From Dehalococcoidia bacterium (GTDB lineage: Bacteria; Chloroflexota; Dehalococcoidia; Lucifugimonadales; UBA3495), in NCBI GenBank assembly GCA_034428715.1, contig DAOUHE010000175.1:1-62105 (forward strand): a stretch of DNA of 62,105 bases. The letters run 5' to 3'. Every line of letters begins with the position of its first letter. Position 1 is the first letter of the stretch. A program made the translations under genes and the position numbers. The notes under the pieces were generated by a model. That model ran no database searches, had not been told where the DNA came from, and worked only from the letters and a program-made list of their open reading frames with translations. Below are positions 57,444-62,105 of the stretch, in pieces.

Positions 57444-60425
57444 ATGGCAAACTCCGATCGCATCAATAACGTAAGCCGTGTCTTCGTGGGCCGTCAGCGG
57501 GAGATGGCTGAGCTAACAGCTGCCCTGGACGACGCTCTGACAGGCCAGGGCCGTTTGGCCATGCTTGCCGGTGAACCGGGAATCGGCAAGACCAGCACTG
57601 CCCGGGAGTTGGCTTCCCGAGCTGCGATGCGAGGCTTTCTGGTTCTCTGGGGCCGCTGCTACGAAGAAGAGGGCGCTCCGCCTTACTGGCCTTGGGTGCA
57701 ACTCATCCGGTCCTATGTCGAAGAGGCGGACTCAGACCGGCTGCGGGCCGAATTGGGGCTAGGGGCCGCCGACATCTCGGAAATAGTTCCCTTAGTAAGG
57801 CAAAAACTTCCTGGGTTAGCGGCTCCCCCTGCCTTGGAGCCGGAGCAAGCCCGCTTCCGATTGTTGGATGCCGTAACTGCATTTCTAAAGAATGTGGCCC
57901 AGCCGCAGTCCGTTATGCTTGTGCTCGACGACATACACTGGGCCGACAAACCATCGCTTTCTCTCTTGGAATTCCTGGCCCGGGAGATGGGCGGAAGCCG
58001 GATGATGGTCGTAGCAGGCTACCGAGACCTCCAGTTGTCGCGTCAGCACCCTCTAGCGGAAACCCTGGCCCAGCTATCCCGTGAGCCTGTTTACCGCCGG
58101 TATTCGTTGGGTGGGCTGAGCCAGGAGGTAACGCCAAGTCTAATACAAGCGGCCACCGGTGTCCTGCCGGCCCAGGGGTTAGCGGAGACGATATTTACCC
58201 ACGCTGAGGGCAATCCTTATTTCATGACCGAGATGGTACGTCTATTGGCCGAGCGGGGGGAACTGACCGAAGAAAGAATCGGTGACGCTCAGGACCTCAG
58301 ATTACCCGATGGGGTTCGCGAAGCAATCGGTCAACGGCTGAACCGGTTGTCGGACGAATGCTATGAGGCGCTGACCACGGCATCCGTGATTGGGCGGGGG
58401 TTCAGTCTGCGCCAGCTAGAGCGGCTAATGGAGGGATTCTCTGAAGATCTGTTAATTAACGTGGTCGAAGAGGCGATCGGCGCAAGGATAATAGAGGAGT
58501 TGGCCGGTCCAGACGAGGGATATCAGTTCACCCACGGGCTGGTTCAGGAGACCTTGGCAAGCGAACTGTCGACCGCGCGCCGGGTGCGGATGCACGCCCG
58601 CATCGGCGAAGCATTGGAGGCTCTGTACGGTACAAACGCGCCGGACCATGCCGCGGAGTTGGCCCACCATTTCGCTCAGGCGGAGCCGGTTCTCGGAATC
58701 GAGAAGCGGGTGCATTATTCCCTGGTAGCCGGAGAGCGGGCTTTGGGTGTTTACGCATGGGAAGAGGCCGAAGTCCATTTTGAACAAGGGTTGAACGCTA
58801 AACGGGTCCCCCTTACCGGCATCGAGCCGGTGACGGACTGCGAAACTGCGGCGCTTCTCTTCGGCGTGGCCCGTGCCCAGCAGGCAATGGCTGATAGGTT
58901 GCTGTTTCAGCAGATTGGATACGCTCTACAGCGCTCCTTTGACTACTACGCTGGGTTGGGAGACGTGGACCATGCGTTGTCTGTGGCGGAGCATCCTTCG
59001 TACGATTTCATAAATGGTGGTGACCCCGGCCTGTTAACCAAGGTTTTTATTGGAGCTCTGGCGCTTGTGCCACCCGATTCCCACGAGGCTGGGCGCATCT
59101 TATCGAACTTTGGCCTGTTGTTGGGCCTACGACAAGATGACTATGACGGCGCTCAGGAAGCCTTGGGCAAGGCCCTCGATATCGCCCAACGCGATGAGGA
59201 CCGGCCCCTGGAGATGCGGACCTTGGCGCATGCCGCATCGGTGGACAACTATCACCTCCGCTGGCAGGAAGGACTGAGCCGGGCCCTGAGGGTCACCGAG
59301 CTGTCACAGGGCCTAGACGACATCCACAACGAGGTCACGGCCCGCTACTTCGCTATGAGCATGCTGATGAGCGTAGGCGACCCTACGGGCGCTCTCCATC
59401 ATGGGACAGCCATACTTCCTCTAGCGGAACGGCTGCGCGACCGGTTCTGGCTGGGCGGAGCACTATGGAAAAATGGGACCGTGCGGCGCCTGGCAGGAGA
59501 TTGGCAGGCTGCCCGAGACTTTGGAGACCGCAGCCTTGCCGTGCGGCCCGGGCACCATACGGTCATCACCGACCTGGCGATGTTAGAGTGTGAGGTTGGT
59601 GAGATGGACAAGGGCCAGGCCTACCTGGGGCAGCTTTTGGAGGAAATGCGCCTGTCGCTGCCCGGTCAGTACCCCTTAACCCATGCATACTCTGCTATGG
59701 TAATCCCCTTGGCCGAGCGCATCACTGGCTCGGGTTACTTATTGGACGTGGTCGAAGCAGCGGCCAAAAATGCTCTCGACTCACCATCTGCAAATCCTAA
59801 TGTCACCACGCGAGCCAGAGCAGGTCTGGCGCTGCTGGCGGTGCAACGCGCCGACGTTGCGGCGGCTGAAGAGCAGTATGGCGCCCTCGGGTCCGCCAAG
59901 GGCATTATGCTGTGGTGGTTGATTAGCGGCGACCGTCTGCTAGGACTTTTGGCCCAAACCATGGGCAACCTTGATCAGGCGGCAACACACTGCGAGGACG
60001 CCCTCGCCTTCTGCCGCAAAGCGGGCTACCGGCCCGAATTGGCCTGGGCCTGCTGCGACTACGCCGATGTCCTTCGTGAGAGAAACGGTCCAGAGGACCG
60101 CGCCAATGCTGTTGCCCTGATGGACGAATCTTTGGCCATCGCTACCGAATTGGAGATGCGGCCATTGATGGAGCGGGTGGCTGTGCGTCAGGAGAGAATA
60201 CGGGCGTTACCTGGGGTTGCGCCCTTCTACCCCGACGGCCTCACTGAACGAGAGGTGGACGTGCTGCGGCTGATCGCCGCCGGCAAGACCAACTTGGAGA
60301 TTGCCGAAGAGTTGGTCATAGCCGAAGGCACCGCGCGCAGGCACGTGGCCAACATCTACGAAAAGATCGGCGCCGCCAACCGTGCCGAGGCAACGAGGTA
60401 TTGGCTGACTTCGGGGCTCGCTTAA
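57444..60425 (+). CDS. AAA ATPase-helical repeat-LuxR HTH transcriptional regulator (MalT/STAND-like)
   Basis: FVGRQRE, GEPGIGKT, LDDIHWAD, EGNPYF; C-terminal LTEREVDVLRLIAAGKTN.EIA..L. Confidence 0.9.
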   Translation: MANSDRINNVSRVFVGRQREMAELTAALDDALTGQGRLAMLAGEPGIGKTSTARELASRAAMRGFLVLWGRCYEEEGAPPYWPWVQLIRSYVEEADSDRLRAELGLGAADISEIVPLVRQKLPGLAAPPALEPEQARFRLLDAVTAFLKNVAQPQSVMLVLDDIHWADKPSLSLLEFLAREMGGSRMMVVAGYRDLQLSRQHPLAETLAQLSREPVYRRYSLGGLSQEVTPSLIQAATGVLPAQGLAETIFTHAEGNPYFMTEMVRLLAERGELTEERIGDAQDLRLPDGVREAIGQRLNRLSDECYEALTTASVIGRGFSLRQLERLMEGFSEDLLINVVEEAIGARIIEELAGPDEGYQFTHGLVQETLASELSTARRVRMHARIGEALEALYGTNAPDHAAELAHHFAQAEPVLGIEKRVHYSLVAGERALGVYAWEEAEVHFEQGLNAKRVPLTGIEPVTDCETAALLFGVARAQQAMADRLLFQQIGYALQRSFDYYAGLGDVDHALSVAEHPSYDFINGGDPGLLTKVFIGALALVPPDSHEAGRILSNFGLLLGLRQDDYDGAQEALGKALDIAQRDEDRPLEMRTLAHAASVDNYHLRWQEGLSRALRVTELSQGLDDIHNEVTARYFAMSMLMSVGDPTGALHHGTAILPLAERLRDRFWLGGALWKNGTVRRLAGDWQAARDFGDRSLAVRPGHHTVITDLAMLECEVGEMDKGQAYLGQLLEEMRLSLPGQYPLTHAYSAMVIPLAERITGSGYLLDVVEAAAKNALDSPSANPNVTTRARAGLALLAVQRADVAAAEEQYGALGSAKGIMLWWLISGDRLLGLLAQTMGNLDQAATHCEDALAFCRKAGYRPELAWACCDYADVLRERNGPEDRANAVALMDESLAIATELEMRPLMERVAVRQERIRALPGVAPFYPDGLTEREVDVLRLIAAGKTNLEIAEELVIAEGTARRHVANIYEKIGAANRAEATRYWLTSGLA

Positions 60426-60510
60426 GTCACGGTGATATAATCCGGCCAACGTATTTCCGTTTCGGGTGATCTTCCAAGTTGGGGTTGCCCCGGTGGAGTA
60501 GCTTCGGACC

Positions 60511-61788
60511 ATGGACTCCTTGATAGCGCGCTTTGGTCTGGGTGATCCGGGGTGGTTGGACCCGGCCGTAACGGGAGCACTGTTCTTGCTCACCGCCATC
60601 CTGGCCGCGGTCTTCCACAAGCTGCTATTCCCCCTGATCCTCCGCATCACCGCTAGGACTCCCACGGACCTGGACACCCGCATGGTGCGGGCCACCCGTC
60701 TGCCTATGACGGCGGGCGTCATCGTCTTGGGCGTCTATCTGTCTATAAGCCTTCCCCTGGATTTGGAAGCCGGACCCCAAAGCGCCCTGGATAACGCCGT
60801 TGGTGTCGTTGGACTCCTACTAGGGATAGTGGCGGTCGCTTCGGCCGTCTCCCAGGTGTTCGGTTGGTACATCGATTCCTTGGGCGATTCGCCGTCCTCC
60901 CGAATGAACATAAGGATGTTGCCGCTTCTGCGCCGGATCACGACGGCGATTATCTATGCCATCGGCGGTCTGTTGATCCTTGATCTGTTGACTATCAACA
61001 TCAATCCGCTGGTGGCCAGCTTGGGCCTGGGCGGTTTGGCGGTGGCCTTGGCGGTTCAACCCACCCTGGCCAACCTGTTCGCCGGCTCTTACGTGATGAC
61101 CGAAGGGATCATTCATCCCGGCGACTATATTGAGCTTGATGGAGGCACGGCGGGATACGTGGTGGAGGTGAGCTGGCGCAGCACCCGTCTCCGCACGTGG
61201 GGAAACAACCTGGTGGTGGTGCCCAACGCAAAATTCGCCGAGACTATTATCACCAATTACAATCAGCCCTTGCCGGCGGTGAACGTGTATCTGACCTGCG
61301 GTGTCAGCTACGATAGCGACTTGGACCGGGTGGAGGATGTATGCATGGAGGTGATGGGGGAGGAACTGGAAACCAATCCTGACGCAATCAAAGAGTACGG
61401 CGCCTGGTTCGCCTTCGACAGTTTTAGTGATTCCAACGTGAATTTTTGGCTGTTTATCCAGGCTAAAGACCGATTGGGTAGCTACACCTTGCAATCGGGG
61501 TTGATCAAGCGGTTACACGGGAGGTTTCGCGAAGAGGGGATCGTAATCAACTACCCAATGCGCACATTGCAGTTCCCTGAGGGTTGGGGTCCCGATGCGC
61601 TGTCTGGCGTAAATGGCGCCCGAGGCGACGGCAGAAGAGGCCGAAAGCCAGGATCCCGGCGTAGGGCCCCAGGCCGTCCGCAGGCCGCGGTCCGTTCCAG
61701 AACGAGGCGGGCCACCCAAGATGTGGTAGGCGGCGGTGATGCCTCGAGTATTGATGCTGGAGGAGGCGAAGGACCCGGCGGAGCATAA
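60511..61788 (+). CDS. mscS: Small-conductance mechanosensitive channel
   Basis: LGLGGLAVALAVQPTLANLFAG, GDYIEL, WRSTRLRT...VVVPN. Confidence 0.92.
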   Translation: MDSLIARFGLGDPGWLDPAVTGALFLLTAILAAVFHKLLFPLILRITARTPTDLDTRMVRATRLPMTAGVIVLGVYLSISLPLDLEAGPQSALDNAVGVVGLLLGIVAVASAVSQVFGWYIDSLGDSPSSRMNIRMLPLLRRITTAIIYAIGGLLILDLLTININPLVASLGLGGLAVALAVQPTLANLFAGSYVMTEGIIHPGDYIELDGGTAGYVVEVSWRSTRLRTWGNNLVVVPNAKFAETIITNYNQPLPAVNVYLTCGVSYDSDLDRVEDVCMEVMGEELETNPDAIKEYGAWFAFDSFSDSNVNFWLFIQAKDRLGSYTLQSGLIKRLHGRFREEGIVINYPMRTLQFPEGWGPDALSGVNGARGDGRRGRKPGSRRRAPGRPQAAVRSRTRRATQDVVGGGDASSIDAGGGEGPGGA

Positions 61789-61888
61789 AATGTGCGGGGG
61801 TAACCTCCCAGAAGTGCTTGCCTGTGCCCACCCAGCCGACTATAATCCAAGTGTCCCCCCCTCAATTCAGTTCCCTCCACGCATCAGG

Positions 61889-61965
61889 GGGCCTGTAGCT
61901 CAGGCGGTTAGAGCGCGGTCCTGATAAGACCGAGGTCGATGGTTCGAGTCCATCCAGGCCCACCA
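61889..61965 (+). tRNA. tRNA-Ile (GAT), CCA encoded
   Basis: Acceptor GGGCCTG/CAGGCCC, D arm TAGCTCAGGCGGTTAGAGC, anticodon loop CT-GAT-AA, T loop GTTCGAGTC. Confidence 0.96.
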
Positions 61966-61966
61966 G

Positions 61967-61988
61967 AGCCCTCGAGAAGGGCTTTTCC
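61967..61988 (+). terminator. Possible terminator after tRNA-Ile
   Basis: AGCCCT-CGAGA-AGGGCT followed by a short T run. Confidence 0.5.
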
Positions 61989-62105
61989 AGATACGAAATG
62001 ACGGCTTTCGCTCTCAGGTGCCACCAGATGCATGGTCGTCAAGCAGGTTTTTGACCACAGTCTTCGCGAATCCGGCAAACGGTTCATCAGCAGCCTGAAG
62101 GCCTC

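Noticed and set aside
1-62105. CRISPR array or cas genes
   Set aside because: No regularly spaced repeat-spacer array seen; repeats at 35-37.5 kb are coding propeller repeats
61889-62105. tRNA-Ile as an integration site of a genomic island
   Set aside because: No duplicated tRNA 3' end or integrase seen in the window; sequence beyond 62105 is not visible

Overview
A GC-rich bacterial chromosomal segment. Gene content and protein style suggest Chloroflexota, probably Dehalococcoidia/SAR202-like; this is inference, not a database result. Intact core genes include holB, lysA, surE, serS, lysS, greA, rplY, mutS2, rmuC, malic enzyme, ilvD, sodN, pcm, mscS, tRNA-Ile(GAT) and a tetrapyrrole operon (HTH regulator, ahbAB, sirC, hemC, cobA/hemD, hemB, hemL). 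Metabolic modules are a form II CoxSLM-type molybdoenzyme, a three-subunit (split-beta) nitrile/thiocyanate hydratase-like cluster and a PhnCDE-type ABC transporter. Small toxin-antitoxin and PD-(D/E)XK nuclease genes are wedged co-directionally between housekeeping genes. At least nine genes are visibly broken (yaaT, mazE, parE, M20 peptidase, a PD-(D/E)XK gene, NIPSNAP, tldE, tldD, relE), while the long core genes remain open, which suggests ongoing gene decay. The best leads are an acVLRF1-MutS2 pair (possible ribosome-rescue module), the split-beta NHase operon, a nuclease-antitoxin fusion ahead of a dead RelE, a 518-bp aspartyl-protease insertion bounded by 27-bp direct repeats, a candidate sensor-regulator heading the heme operon, and a promoter-driven candidate structured RNA at about 18.9-19.0 kb. 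All family assignments come from motif recognition by eye; no searches were run.
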